Assembly: GCA_964016885.1 (NCBI GenBank)
Contig: OZ024741.1
Location: 142,228,001-142,292,000, forward strand
Direction: 5' to 3'
Source of the DNA: Eledone cirrhosa
Taxonomy: Eukaryota
DNA: 64,000 nucleotides
Shown here: piece after piece, positions 39,920-53,269 of the stretch
How the letters are laid out: every line of letters begins with the position of its first letter
Position numbering within the stretch: position 1 is the first letter of the stretch
The notes under the pieces: model-generated
What the model saw: only the letters and a program-made list of their open reading frames with translations
What the model was told of the DNA's origin: nothing
The model's database searches: none
Program-made: the position numbers and the translations under genes

Positions 39920-41340
39920 GAGGTAATGTGATGTTTAGATGGGTGGGTGAGTGATTAGATAAGTGGATAATGTAGTGTTTAGAAGGGTGGGTGAGTGATT
40001 AGATATGTGGGTAATGTGATGTTTAGATGGGTGGGTAAGTGATTAGATAGGTGGGTAATGTGATGTTAAGAAGGGTGGGTAAGTGATTAGGGTAAGTGAT
40101 TACATACGTGGGTAATGTGATGTTTTGAAGGGTGGGTGAGTGGTTAGAAAGGTGGGTAAGTGATTAGATAGGTGGGTAATGTGATGTTTAGAAGTGTGGG
40201 TGAGTGATTAGATAGGTGGGTAAGTGATTAGATTGGTGGGTAATGTGTTGTATAGAAGGGTGGGTAAGCGATTAGATTGGTGGATAATGTGTTGTATAGA
40301 AGGGTGAGTAAGTGATTAGATTGGTGGGTAATGTGTTGTATAGAAGGATGGGTAAGTGATTAGATTGGTGAGTAATGTGTTGTATAGAAGGGTGGGTAAG
40401 TGATTAGATTGGTGGGTAATGTGTTGTATAGAAGGGTGGGTAAGTGATTAGTAGGTGGGTAATGTGTTGTATAGAAGGGTGGGTAAGTGATTAGATTGGT
40501 GTGTAATGTGTTGTATAGAAGGGTGTGTAAGTGATTAGATTGGTGGGTAATGTGTTGTATAGAAGGGTGGATAAGCGATTTGATTGGTGGATAATGTGTT
40601 GTATAGAAGGGTGAGTAAGTGCTTAGATTGGTGGGTAATGTGTTGTATAGATGTGTGGGTAAGTGATTAGATTGGTTGGTAATGTGTTATATAGAGGGTG
40701 GGTAAGTGATTAGATTGGTGGGTAATGTGTTGTATAGAAGGGTGGGTAAGTGATTAGTAGGTGGGTAATGTGTTGTATAGAAGGGTGGGTAAGTGATTAG
40801 ATTGGTGTGTAATGTGTTGTATAGAAGGGTGTGTAAGTGATTAGATAGGTGGGTAATGTGTTGTATAGAAGGGTGGATAAGCGATTTGATTGGTGGATAA
40901 TGTGTTGTATAGAAGGGTGAGTAAGTGCTTAGATTGGTGGGTAATGTGTTGTATAGATGTGTGGGTAAGTGATTAGATTGGACGGTAATGTGTTATATAG
41001 AGGGTGGGTAAGTGATTAGATTGGTGGGTAATGTGTTGTATAGAAGGGTGGGTAAGTGATTAGATTGGTGGGTAATGTGTTGTATAGAAGGGTGGGTAAG
41101 TGATTAGTTTAGTGGGTAATGTGTTGTATAGAAGGTGTGTAAGTGATTAGATTGGTGGGTAATGTGTTGTAAGGTAGGGTGGGTAAGTGATTAGATTGGT
41201 CGGTAATGTGTTGTATAGAATGGTGGGTAAGTGATTAGTTTAGTGGGTAATGTGTTGTATAGAAGGTGTGTAAGTGATTAGATTGGTGGGTAATGTGTTG
41301 TATAGTAGGGTGGGTAAGTGATTAGATTGGTGGGTAATAC
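39920..41340 (+). repeat. About 44-bp G-rich satellite made of two related halves
   Basis: GGGTGGGTAAGTGATTAGATTGGTGGGTAATGTGTTGTATAGAA repeated. Confidence 0.92.
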
Positions 41341-41419
41341 GATAGTGAAACTTATTTTTTTTAAATTTCGAATGTTTCGATACACGACGAGTGATGTTTC
41401 CTTTCAATGTCATAAAACA

Positions 41420-41880
41420 TGTGATGGGTGGGTGGGTAGTTATATAGAGGGATAATGTGATAGGTTGGTGGCTATTGTGATGGGTTGGTAGATACAAGAA
41501 TATGTGATGTGTGGGTGGGTAGTTATATAGAGGGATAATGTGATAGGTTGGTGGTTATTAAGATGGGTGGGTAGATACAAGAATATGTGATGTGTCGGTG
41601 GGTGGTTATATAGAGGGATAATGTGATAGGTTGGTGGCTATTGTGATGGGTGGGTACATACAAGAATATGTGATGTGTGGGTGGGTAATTATATAGAGGG
41701 ATAATGTGATAGGTTGGTGGTTATTGTGATGGGTGGGTACATACAATAATATGTGATGTGTAGGTGGGTAGTTATATAGAGGGATAACGTGATAGGTTGG
41801 TGGTTATTGTGATGGGTGGGTAGATACAAGAATATGTGATGTGTGGGTGGGTAGTTATATAGAGGGATAATGTAATGGGT
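41420..41880 (+). repeat. 83-bp G-rich tandem repeat
   Basis: GATACAAGAATATGTGATG at 41491, 41574 and onward; duplicate at about 55328-55665. Confidence 0.88.
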
Positions 41881-43923
41881 GAGTTGTTAAGTTAATGGGT
41901 GTGCGAACCAAGAGACTGGGTAAAGTGATGCTCAGATGGGTGGAGAAGTGTTTATAGCGTGGGTAAAATGAGATTTAGGGAAATGGTAAAGTAATGATTA
42001 GATAGGAGGGTAAACTGATATTTAGACGGTGGGTAAGGTGATGTTTAGTCGGGTGGGTAAATTGTTTAGAGGATGGATAAAGTGATATGCTGGGTGGGTA
42101 AGTGATTAGTGATTTGATAAAAGGATTGTGTTTGTTGTTGTTGGACCTCCGTCGTTTCCGACGAGTGCTCCAGTTGATTCAATTAACGGAACTGCCTACT
42201 CATGAAATTAACGTTCACGTGACTGGGCATACCACAGACACGTACACCTTTAACGTAGTTCTCAAAGAAAATCAGGAGGGCACAATGTGAACTACAGGTA
42301 CGTTTCGTTTTTGCTAGCTGGGTGGAATGTAGCAATGTGAAATAAAGCGCCATGCTGAAGGACACAACGTACCGCCCCGTCCAGGAATCGAACTCACAAC
42401 ATTTCGATCGTGAACTGAATGTGATAACTAATATATTATGCGCGGATAAAAGTGTGGGTTGATGACAAGGGCATTGTTTCGGGAGGGGGGGGGGTACCAG
42501 GGGACAAGACCACCACCACCACCACCACTTTTTCAAACGTCTATATTTTATTTTTTGTTTATTTGATATAATTGTTTCTACTTTTGGCACAAAGCCAGCA
42601 ATTTCCCAGTACATTACTGGTACTTTATTTTATCGATCCCGTAAGGATGAAAGGCAAAGTTAACCTCGGCGGGATTTAACCTCATAAAGGGACGTAACTC
42701 TTTGCGTCAAAGCATGGCGTCCGACCCTCTACTGATACTGCCAACCCACCGCCCTTATTTATTTGATAAAATAATTTTTTTTTAAGCTTATCTTTTTATA
42801 TCAGAAATTCATTTGAATATACAAAATTTAATTAGCGTAAAATGTTACTTATGTGATAGAGTCCGGGAAAGGCACCATTAGCAATACTGACATGCTCCGT
42901 TAAGATTCATGTTAGTTTGTCCCCCTCACATTTCTAAGGCAAACGAGGTCCCTGGTTGATGAGTTGATGAGAAGCCATGATAGAAGAGATATTAGATACC
43001 CGTGTGTTGTGAGTCAAGTGAAATCAGTACAAGTAGAAATCGAAACCTAAACACACGGATATATTTCATTCTATAAATTGTGAAATAAAACTGATTACCA
43101 TATTAATAATCTATTAACTATATTTACTAACATTAAAGAAAAAAAAAAAGGAAAATACTACTGCCCTAGGTGAGGCTCGAAGACACAACCACCGAACTTG
43201 CTAATATACGTAAAAAGTATATATAAAATGTCTAAGATATGGCGGACTAAACGATTTTACTACTTAAGTGGTAGAGAACGTGGTGTGATGTACAATGGAA
43301 AGTGAAGGCACGTGGCTTAGTTGTTAGGGGTTCAGCTGACAGATAAGGTCGTAAATTCCAGTCCTGCTGACGCAAGAAATCTTATTTCACCCTGCTCCAG
43401 TCCAATCGGCTGGCAAAAATGAGTTGTACTTGTAATTCAAAAGAACCTGCTGAATCTCCACAAGAACCACGTGTCAGTGGAATGTTCAGCCACTTGCACG
43501 CTAATTTCACAAACAGGTTGTTCCGTAGTTCGAACAACTGGAACACGCAGAATGTAAATTCTGGAAATATCGACGCAGTTTTAATTTCAAATCGAAAACA
43601 TTTCTGACTTACTATTTTATTTATATTGTTGTTTAGGCCCAGGTTAGCACACAAGATGAAAGACTTATTTTTCTAAACTATATTATATCAGATCAGAGCA
43701 AACAACACGGACACTCTATCTCAAAATTATTTTTGAAAAGCATTTAGAAATGCGCAACCGGTAAAAACTTAAAAACTTAAAACCACAACTGAATACTAAC
43801 CCATGCAATCACTAATACTCTTTTATTCCTAATTAAACCATTTTTCAACTGTGAACAATTTGTCAGCATTTTCTATTCCGTTTACCAATATATAATAACT
43901 TGTGTGTTACACCTCTATTCTTT

Positions 43924-44032
<109 letters not shown>

Positions 44033-44119
44033 AATCGAAGTTGTAGCTGCCATATAGCAAGAACTAATCGAGTTGTTTGTGCATAACTCTCCTCCTCCTT
44101 CTCTCTCTCTCCTTCTCTA

Positions 44120-44183
<64 letters not shown>

Positions 44184-44441
44184 TGTGTGTGTGTGTGTGT
44201 GTTTCCGTAGAAAAGGTAAAGGAAGGAAGATTGCTCTATGTAAGGTACAGAGCTATATATGTGTGTAAATATTTTTACCCCCTAACCTTATGTCCTGCGT
44301 CTGTGTGTGTATATATATATTTTTTTTCGCGTTATTTAATTTAATTTTATTATTTTATTATTTTTTAATCTTATTTCAGCTTCGTTTTCAATTGTAATAG
44401 CTTTTGTTTTTAATTTCATATCTCACATCCATATTAAATTG

Positions 44442-44512
44442 TCCTTTCTGATGAACGACTTCGGACACCTCTCTTCAGGTCGCCTGTCTTCGTGAAACCT
44501 TTGGTAAATGGA
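44442..44512 (+). ncRNA. Type I hammerhead ribozyme, canonical core, long stem II
   Basis: TCCTTT-CTGATGA-ACGA..TCGT-GAAA-CCTTTGG-TA-AATGGA; one T.T mismatch in stem I. Confidence 0.75.
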
Positions 44513-44597
44513 ATAATTGTATTGTGTTGTTTATTACATAATAATAATAATAATAATAATTATTATTATTATAATTATATATATATATATATATATA

Positions 44598-45030
44598 CTA
44601 GCGGCCTCCCGAATTTCGCCCCGGTCTGTACTGTGCTCAGATCTATTTATAAGGCACATTGTCAACTGTCTTAATGTCCATTTTCCTTGGAATAAAAGGC
44701 GTTAAAAGGTATTTAAATATTGCATAACATAATTTATTTTTAAATATTCAGAATATCTTCATACAGAAAGTAATAAAGAAAATAATAGAAAAATGTATCC
44801 TAGGAAAATGATAAAATATTGTCGATCGATTTATAGGTCTGGCTACCTCCAGGGATCACGTGTGAGCGATTTTATTGATGGCATTCACTGTGATGTTTTG
44901 GAGGACAAGGATTGCTCTTTCACACAGCCACTCCTCATTGGAATGGTGGATTTATAAATTAGGAAACAATTAATTAAGCTTACAACGCTTTCCACAACAT
45001 GACAAAATGACGAAGAATCAAACATCCTAC
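44598..45030 (-). mobile_element. Helitron fragment (Pif1-type helicase piece and CTAG 3' end)
   Basis: Reverse complement gives FPNL..EEWLCERAIL..VNAIN and IPGGSQTYKSID; GC-rich hairpin then CTAG-T at (TA)n; duplicate at 61271-61706. Confidence 0.7.
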
Positions 45031-46821
45031 AGTATCAAGGGAGTCCTTTTCTATAAATTTAAACGGCTGAGAAGTGCTTCTCTGTGAATCTGAGTATCCC
45101 CACCTCCCTTCCCGCTTCTGTTATTCGAACTGAAGCAATCTCCACAGCTGGGGAAATCTGAAAGTTCTCCCTCTCGCACCTCCCCCCATTCTGTTTTCGG
45201 AAAAGAAGGCGATTGCAAGCATGATGGAGGACGGATTAGTTGAAAACGCGAAAAAACCCAGGCGAAAAATTTCTTCACGATTCCATATATTGAATGCGCA
45301 TGGCTTAGTGGTTAGAGTGTTGAGCTTGCAATTGAGAGGTTGTGAGTTCGATTCTCGGATCGGGTGATACGTTATTCCCTGAGCAAGACACTTTATTTCA
45401 TGTTCACTCAGTTCTCAGCTGTAGAAATGAATTGCAACCTCACTTGTGCCAAGCTGTATCGGCCATTGCCTTTTCCTTGGACAACATCGGCGGCGTGGGG
45501 AGGGGAGACTGGTATGCATGAGCGACTGCTGATCTTCCACAAACAAACCTTGCCCAGTCTGTGCCTCGGAGGAAAACTTTCTGGGTGTAAACCATTGTCA
45601 TTAGTGATGTGGGCCTAAAGAATATCTATATGTATATATATATTCTTTCAGCGCCCTTTTTTAAGTGGGGAAAGACTTTGCATGGAGCCAATCCCATCCT
45701 CTGAACATCGAATTCATTTACCAAAAAGGAAGAACTGATCTACATCACTGGATGCAATCGAAATCACAGGTTTTATATCATAGTGACATTCTAGAAAGAT
45801 GTCATAATGAAGACAAGGAGTCTCTTGCTCCACAAAAGAAATATCTATCTATCTATATGCTTCTAAAATTCTGATTATGAGCTTATTGTGTGATTATTTT
45901 TATGTGAACATTGATTTTTTAAAATAGTTTTAAGTGAACATAACGCAACGTGTCACGGGGGGTCTAGTATACTACTAAAACTCTGTGATTGTATGCTTGT
46001 CTGTAATTTAATACAGCCAAAACGGCACATAAAGGGAAAATACTTTGAAAGAAAATTGCCCGTGAAATGTTAATACAAATGGAATAAAACAAGTTTCGCG
46101 TAAATCGGGGCACGGGTTCCCGAGATATGGGGTTTTTCTTTGTACCTTCATAAACAGAGGGAGAGAAAAGGATAGAGAGAAAGAGATAGTGGTTGTGAGA
46201 GAGTAGATTGAAATAGAGACATAGAGAGAGGGAGAGGTGACAGAGAAGGAGAATAGAAGAGAGAGAGAGCTGATGGTGTTGTGAATATATATAGGTGAGT
46301 GTTTGTGTATATATATGTATGTGTATGTGTGTGTGTGTCTATGAACAGTGTATATAGATCACAGACACCGACATATATATATATGTATACAAACGCACAC
46401 ATTTATATATATACATACACACATTCTAGTTTCATTCCACATTATATACATGTCAGTGTATATTTTAATTATTTAAAAATCATTTTTAAGTGAACATTAC
46501 TTTTTTTTAAAATATTTTGAAGTGAACTTGATCCAACGGGCCACGGGTAGTCTAGTAACTAATATAAATGACTGCTTAAATGAAAAAATGATCTGCCCTG
46601 GGTGAGGTTCGAACTCACAATTTTTTGCATCTGTGTGTGTGTTTAGTGGACCAAATTCTTTTGCACATGTTTCTATTCGCAACAAAATAAACAACTGTTG
46701 TGTAAAACACAAATTATACATAAGTAATAAATATTCAACTTTACAAGATGGATGAAATCAGGAAATTTGATAAATATCTAATATAGATGACTGCTTAAAT
46801 GAAAAAAAAAGAAAACATATC

Positions 46822-46933
46822 TGCCTCGGGTGAGGATCCAACTCACAACCTCCGCTTATCTCCCGTAACGTGATTAATATAAGGAAGTTACTGTCTATAA
46901 GTACGGCGCGATAACCGATTGTGCCGCAGTGGC
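46822..46933 (-). pseudogene. tRNA-Ile(UAU) pseudogene
   Basis: Duplicate of the 34701 copy; B box broken, T8 changed to C. Confidence 0.85.
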
Positions 46934-47100
46934 AGTTATTTGATGTTTCGAGGTTGACTTTGCCTTTCATCCTTACGGGGTCGATAAAAATAAAGTACCA
47001 GTAATGCACTGGGTTATTGCTGGCCTTGTGCCTAAAGTAGAAACAATTATATTTATAACAGTGAATGACACACTCACTCTCTCTCTCTCGTTGTCCCTCA

Positions 47101-47131
<31 letters not shown>

Positions 47132-47945
47132 CCCCCCCCACTCTGTCCCTCACCCTCTCTCCCCCCCTCTTTCTCCCCCTCTCTGTCCCTCACCCTCTCT
47201 CCTCCCCTCTTTCTCTCTCTCTCTCTCTCTCATTCTTTATATATGTGTATGTATATGTAGTGAACAATTATTCAATATTTGATAAGATTGATGAAACAAT
47301 TGAAACCGGTAATATTTGTCAAAATTTAAATCTACTTAATGAAACAATTATAAAATTATTCAATCAATCGGTTTAAAGAGAGAAATAATCTGCAAGTATA
47401 CTGTACGTTTGAACTTTTTTACTTTTACTTTTTAACCTTTTATTTGAATGGAACTTTATTCCCTTTTCACTGCCAGGAATAGTGGAGGCTTCTGGTGTCC
47501 TTGGCCCTAGGGCCACCTCCCTACAAACCAAAATCGGCACAGAGTTGGCTATTCGCAGAAGTAAGCCTCGCGAAATGGAATGGTTCTCCCAGCACGTTTC
47601 CCTCACCATCCTCCGGGAAAACGCCTTCTCCATTCTGTCCACCGGGGCCGCCAGCGAGTGGTGCACCATTTGCTCCTAGTGGTGAGAGATGGGGAGAGCG
47701 GGAGAGACAAAGGCAGTGACAGTGACTGTGGGAGTTTGGTTTCTTTGTGTTCGGACCCTATTTGTATGTATATGTTTCACGGACATTACCTATGTGAAAG
47801 AATGCAGAAGAGAGATTCTTCTTTGAAATGTCCAAATTCATATCACGCACACGCACACACACTGTCAACACGCGCACACGCGCACACACATGTGTGTGTG
47901 TGTGTGTGTGTGTCTGTGTGTCTGTGTGTGTGTGTGGCTGTGTGG

Positions 47946-48022
<77 letters not shown>

Positions 48023-48295
48023 TGAAAGAATTTTTAAATACTAATTATATATAAGTAATAAATATTCAACTTTACAAGATGGATGCAATCAGGAAATTGA
48101 TAAATAACTAATATAGATGGCTGCTTAAATGACAAAAAAAAAAATACCACGCACACACGCGCACAGAGAGAGTGGGGGACGGAGAGACAGAGAGATGCAA
48201 AAAATTGTTCACTCTATATATACATACATATATCAGGAAATTTGATAAGTAATTAATATAGATGGCTGCTTAAATGAAAAAAAAGGAAGTATATC

Positions 48296-48398
48296 TGCCC
48301 TGGGTGAGGCTCGAACTCACAACCTCCACATATCTCCCGTCATGTGATTAACACTAGGAAGGTAATGTCTAGAAGTACGGAGTGCTAACCGATTGTGC
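48296..48398 (-). pseudogene. 5'-truncated tRNA-Ile-derived pseudogene with TCT anticodon
   Basis: Duplicate of the 36613 copy. Confidence 0.85.
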
Positions 48399-48526
48399 TT
48401 ATTAAATTTATGTCAATAAACGACTAATTCTCTCACTCTCCCCCCCCCCCCCCCCCACTCTCTCCGAACAACTTTTGCATCTCTCTTTCTACCCTCTTCT
48501 CTCTACCTCTCTCTACCTCCCCCTCC

Positions 48527-48597
<71 letters not shown>

Positions 48598-48619
48598 GAA
48601 AAAATGAAATCATAATATA

Positions 48620-48690
<71 letters not shown>

Positions 48691-48695
48691 TATAC

Positions 48696-48760
<65 letters not shown>

Positions 48761-48773
48761 TATATATATATAC

Positions 48774-48859
<86 letters not shown>

Positions 48860-50364
48860 GAAAAAATGAAATCAAAAATGCAACTGGGATCTTTTTTTTT
48901 AAATATATCTATTTGGTTCCTTTACCGTTTCGCAGTTCTTGTGCTTTTCAAAAGTAGAATTGAGTTGGAGGGTTTGTGGTTTTTTCTCACATCTGGTTGG
49001 TGTTTGAATGTTACTTCTGTTTTATATGGAAAAAAGTGGCTTGAAATGCTAGGTTTTTAGAGAAGTAATTTGGTTGGTTGGTGAATAAGTATAATAAATT
49101 TCTGTGATCAGTTTGAACATATATGAATTTTCTATCAAACTTTCTTCTTATATAGGTGTGGTGGTAAATGTTGAAGTGGTATTTAACAGGTCAGGATTCC
49201 ATCGAATTCACTTGATTAAACTAGAAAATTATTTTACTATTCATAGTAATCGTCCAAGTGGCATTTTGATGAGTGTGTGTTTAGTGTGAATAAGTAGGTG
49301 GAGTTTAATCGTGTCAAAATTTGGTGTCAAAAGGTCCGTATTGCAGAGGTAAAGTAGCAAAAAAAAGCTAAAAACATACTCATCAAAAAGCCACTTGGGC
49401 CATTACTATGAATAGTAAAATAATTTTCTAGTTTAACCAAGTTAATTCGATGGTTCCTGACCTGTTAAATACCACTTCAACATTTACCACCACACCTATA
49501 TAAGAAGAAAGTTTGATAGAAAATTCATATATGTTCAAACTGCTCACAGAATATATTAGAACACTTTTTTAAAAATTTAATATTAATATTTGATAAGTTG
49601 ATGAAACCAATCGAAACCGGTAATATTTGACGAAATTCAAACCTACTTAATGCATCAATTATAAATCATTCATTCTGTCGATTAAAGAGAGAAATAATCT
49701 TCAAATATAGTGTATGTTTGTGCATTTTTACTTTTACTTTTAACCTTTTATTTGAATGGAACTTTACTCTCCTTTTCACTGCCAGTAACAGTGGAGACTT
49801 CTGGTGTCCTCGGCGCTAGGGCCAACTCCCTGCTCACCACCATCGGCGCAGAGTTGGCTACGCACAGGTGTGAGCCTTGCGAAATGGAATGGTTCTTCCA
49901 ACGCGTTTCCATCGCAATCCTCGGGGAAACGCTCTTCTCTATTCTCTTCCGCCGGGGCAGCCAGTGCGTGGGTCCCTAGTGCTCCTCATAGTGAGAGATT
50001 GGGAGTGCAGGAGAGACAGAGACAGTGATAGTGACTGTGGGAGTTTGTTTCCTTTGTGTTCGTACCTGCTTATATGTATATGTTGAAACATCGTAGAGTG
50101 TCTTTCATTGTTTTGTGTTCAATTGTTGCTGCTGTTGATATCCTTCTTCATTATTTTGGGACCAATACTTCATTGAGTATTGTAGAATGTTTATAGGGAC
50201 TGGCTGATAAAATATTGTCTTGTCCTGGACAGAAAGGCCAGTAGTGTTTGTAATACAGCTCCCATATATGTGTGTGTGTGGATGCAAGATGGATGCAATC
50301 AGGAAATTTGATAAATAACTAATATAGATGGCTGCTTAGATGAACAAAAATGAAAAAGATTATC

Positions 50365-50476
50365 TGCCCTGGGTGAGGCTCGAACTCACAACCTCCGCAT
50401 ATCTCCCATCATGTGATTATCACATAGAAGGTACTGTCTATAAGTACGGCGCGCTAACCGATCGTGCCACCGGGGC
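50365..50476 (-). tRNA. tRNA-Ile(UAU) with intron, full length, A14G variant
   Basis: GCCCCGGTGGCACGATCGG..; intron hairpin ATGTG/CACAT; loss of invariant A14 makes function doubtful. Confidence 0.75.
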
Positions 50477-50516
50477 AGCCGTTTTGGTGGCTATTGAATT
50501 TATGTCAATGAACGAC

Positions 50517-50611
<95 letters not shown>

Positions 50612-50747
50612 TCTCTCTCTGTATATATGTATGTAAATGTAGTATATAGTGTATAGTGTATGCGTATATAGTGAATAATTCTTTGCATGTATCTCTCTCT
50701 TTCTGCCTTTCTCTCTCTATATCCCTCTATCTATCTATCTATCTATC

Positions 50748-50839
<92 letters not shown>

Positions 50840-51882
50840 CATTATATATATACATATATATAAGTATATATTCTCTCCGCCGGGGCAGCCAGTGCGTGGG
50901 TCCCTAGTACTCCTCATAGTGAGAGATTGGGAGTGCAGGAGAGACAGAGACAGTGATAGTGACTGTGGGAGTTTGTTTCCTTTGTGTTACATATATACAG
51001 GTAATACATACATCTAAGATCACATACAACAAAAGGCTGGCGAAAGGGGTGAAAAACGTGCCGCTACGAGAACAAAAGATAACAATATCACGAGTAGCAC
51101 TGGGAAACCTCTCTGATAAGTTTTGAGGCAAGACAGCACGCTCGCAGAGTTACCTAGGATGATGGCGAGGCTGATGTGTTGGAACAACCAAGTGCCCTCA
51201 CGCGCATCACCAGTTACCTCAGTTAAGCGAGCCGCCAGTGAAGATAAGAACCTTGCAGTCAGTAGCCCAACTCCCTCAAACGTTTCGAACGCCACAGGCT
51301 GGAAAATGTAGTTACCCGACAGATCACAGTATTTCAGGATTTTGTTATGTTCGGCTGCGGAAGCTGTAGCTCTTGCCCTAACCGCTGCATCTAAGATGTG
51401 GGAAGAAGCAAAAGAGTCGCTAACTGTGACGTCCAAGATAAGGCACCTGCCTCTTAACCTGGGGCACAGGGTAAGACCGTCAGGTCATTTCCAATCAATT
51501 CTGAACAACACAGACGGTTCTTAAATTTAGGGGTTGTTTGCCTGGGGAAAAGCTCTCTTGATGATGAGGTTTAGCTCCGTGTGACGCGCGAAACGACCGG
51601 CATTCAGGCGGCAAATTTAGACCGTGGAGGCCGAACAGATGTCGGCTTCCACTCTGAGGGCAATGGAGACTCGAAGCTCGTGCAAGCTGAGTAGGCCACC
51701 AACGTTAGCCTTGGGAGATGGGCTGACCCTGAGCATATATAGAAGCTTAGGAATCGAAAGATAGTTTCTTGATGGGGTTTAATTGCCTCAATACGCTTCA
51801 ACAATTGCTCAAGGCCAACCATCTTCAATTGACTGAAGATTGACTCATTCTCTCTCTCTCTCCTCCCCTCTCTCTCTCTCTC

Positions 51883-51982
<100 letters not shown>

Positions 51983-52680
51983 GGAATCTTAGATGTAGAA
52001 AACAACTGTAAATACAGTTGGTGGCTACAAATAGCTTAGAAAATCGGGTAAAGACCCCCTTATAGAAGTAAAAAGTGGTTGGCAGTCGCTACGAAGAATC
52101 AATACTCATATCTCTACAGACATTTGCTGCGTCTGAGTTTTCCTACATTTTCTATGAACCTCATAACAACTTTGCGTACGATGTTGTAACAGTGAGATCT
52201 GTTCGATCTAGTTTCTAATTTATACGGTGATTGTTGTCAGGCGTTGTTTAGCTCAATGGATTGATATAATAAAATACCAGTAAAAAAAATTGAACTTGCT
52301 ATAATCGATATTTCTGGCTTTGTGCCAATTTAAGAAATCATTATATGGATAGTTCTAAATCAATACAAAAACATTTCTGCCGGCTGCTCGTAAAATTTAA
52401 GATAATGAACAGCTATCTAATAATCTATACAAATATATAAAGACTTTTACCATCCATAAGATATAATATTTATGAAATTTACATACAAAAAACAACATAC
52501 TAACCCAGTTTATGTTTTTATTTGCAACCCACAAATAAACAACCAATGTGTCAAACACAAATACTAATTATACATATGTAATACATATGTAAATATTCAA
52601 CTTTTCAAGATGGATGCAACTACGAAATTTGATAAATAACTAATATTGATGGCTGTTTAAACGAAAAGAAAAAAAAATTC

Positions 52681-52792
52681 TGCCCTGGGTGAGGGTCGAA
52701 CTCACAACCTCCGCATAACTCCCGTCTTGTGATAAACACAAGGAAGGTACTGTCTATAAGTACGGCGCGCTAACCGATTGTGCCACCGGGGC
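52681..52792 (-). tRNA. tRNA-Ile(UAU) with 38-nt intron, full length
   Basis: Matches the 28735 copy; oligo-T terminator. Confidence 0.9.
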
Positions 52793-53269
52793 AGCTGCTG
52801 GATGATTATTAAATTTATGTTAATGAACGACGAATTCTCTCTCTCTTTCTTTATATATATATGTATATATTACATTAGGATTGGCAGTATCGATAGAGGG
52901 TCTGACGCCATGTTTTGCAGCAAAGAGTTATGTCCCTTTATGGTCTGAGTTCAAATCCCGCCGAGGTTAACTTTGCCTTTCGTCCTTACGGGGTCGATAA
53001 AGTAAAGCAACAGTAATGCACTGGGATAATTGCTGGCCTTGTGCCAAAAGTAGAAACAATTATTACGCTATTGCGTGTTCTAGCCGACAGGCTGAGGCCA
53101 TGCTGGGGTATCACCATTAGTGAACAATTTTTTGCTTGTCTCAAATGGGTGGGGAAGGTGTTTAGTACTGTGTTTAGTTTGATGCGTAAAGTGTTTAAAA
53201 GGTGGGTAAAGTGTTGAGAGAGTGATTAAACTGATGTTTAAGGATGGGTAAAATTATGTTTATATGGGT

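Noticed and set aside
39920-41340. Telomeric repeat
   Set aside because: No tandem TTAGGG array; the unit is about 44 bp
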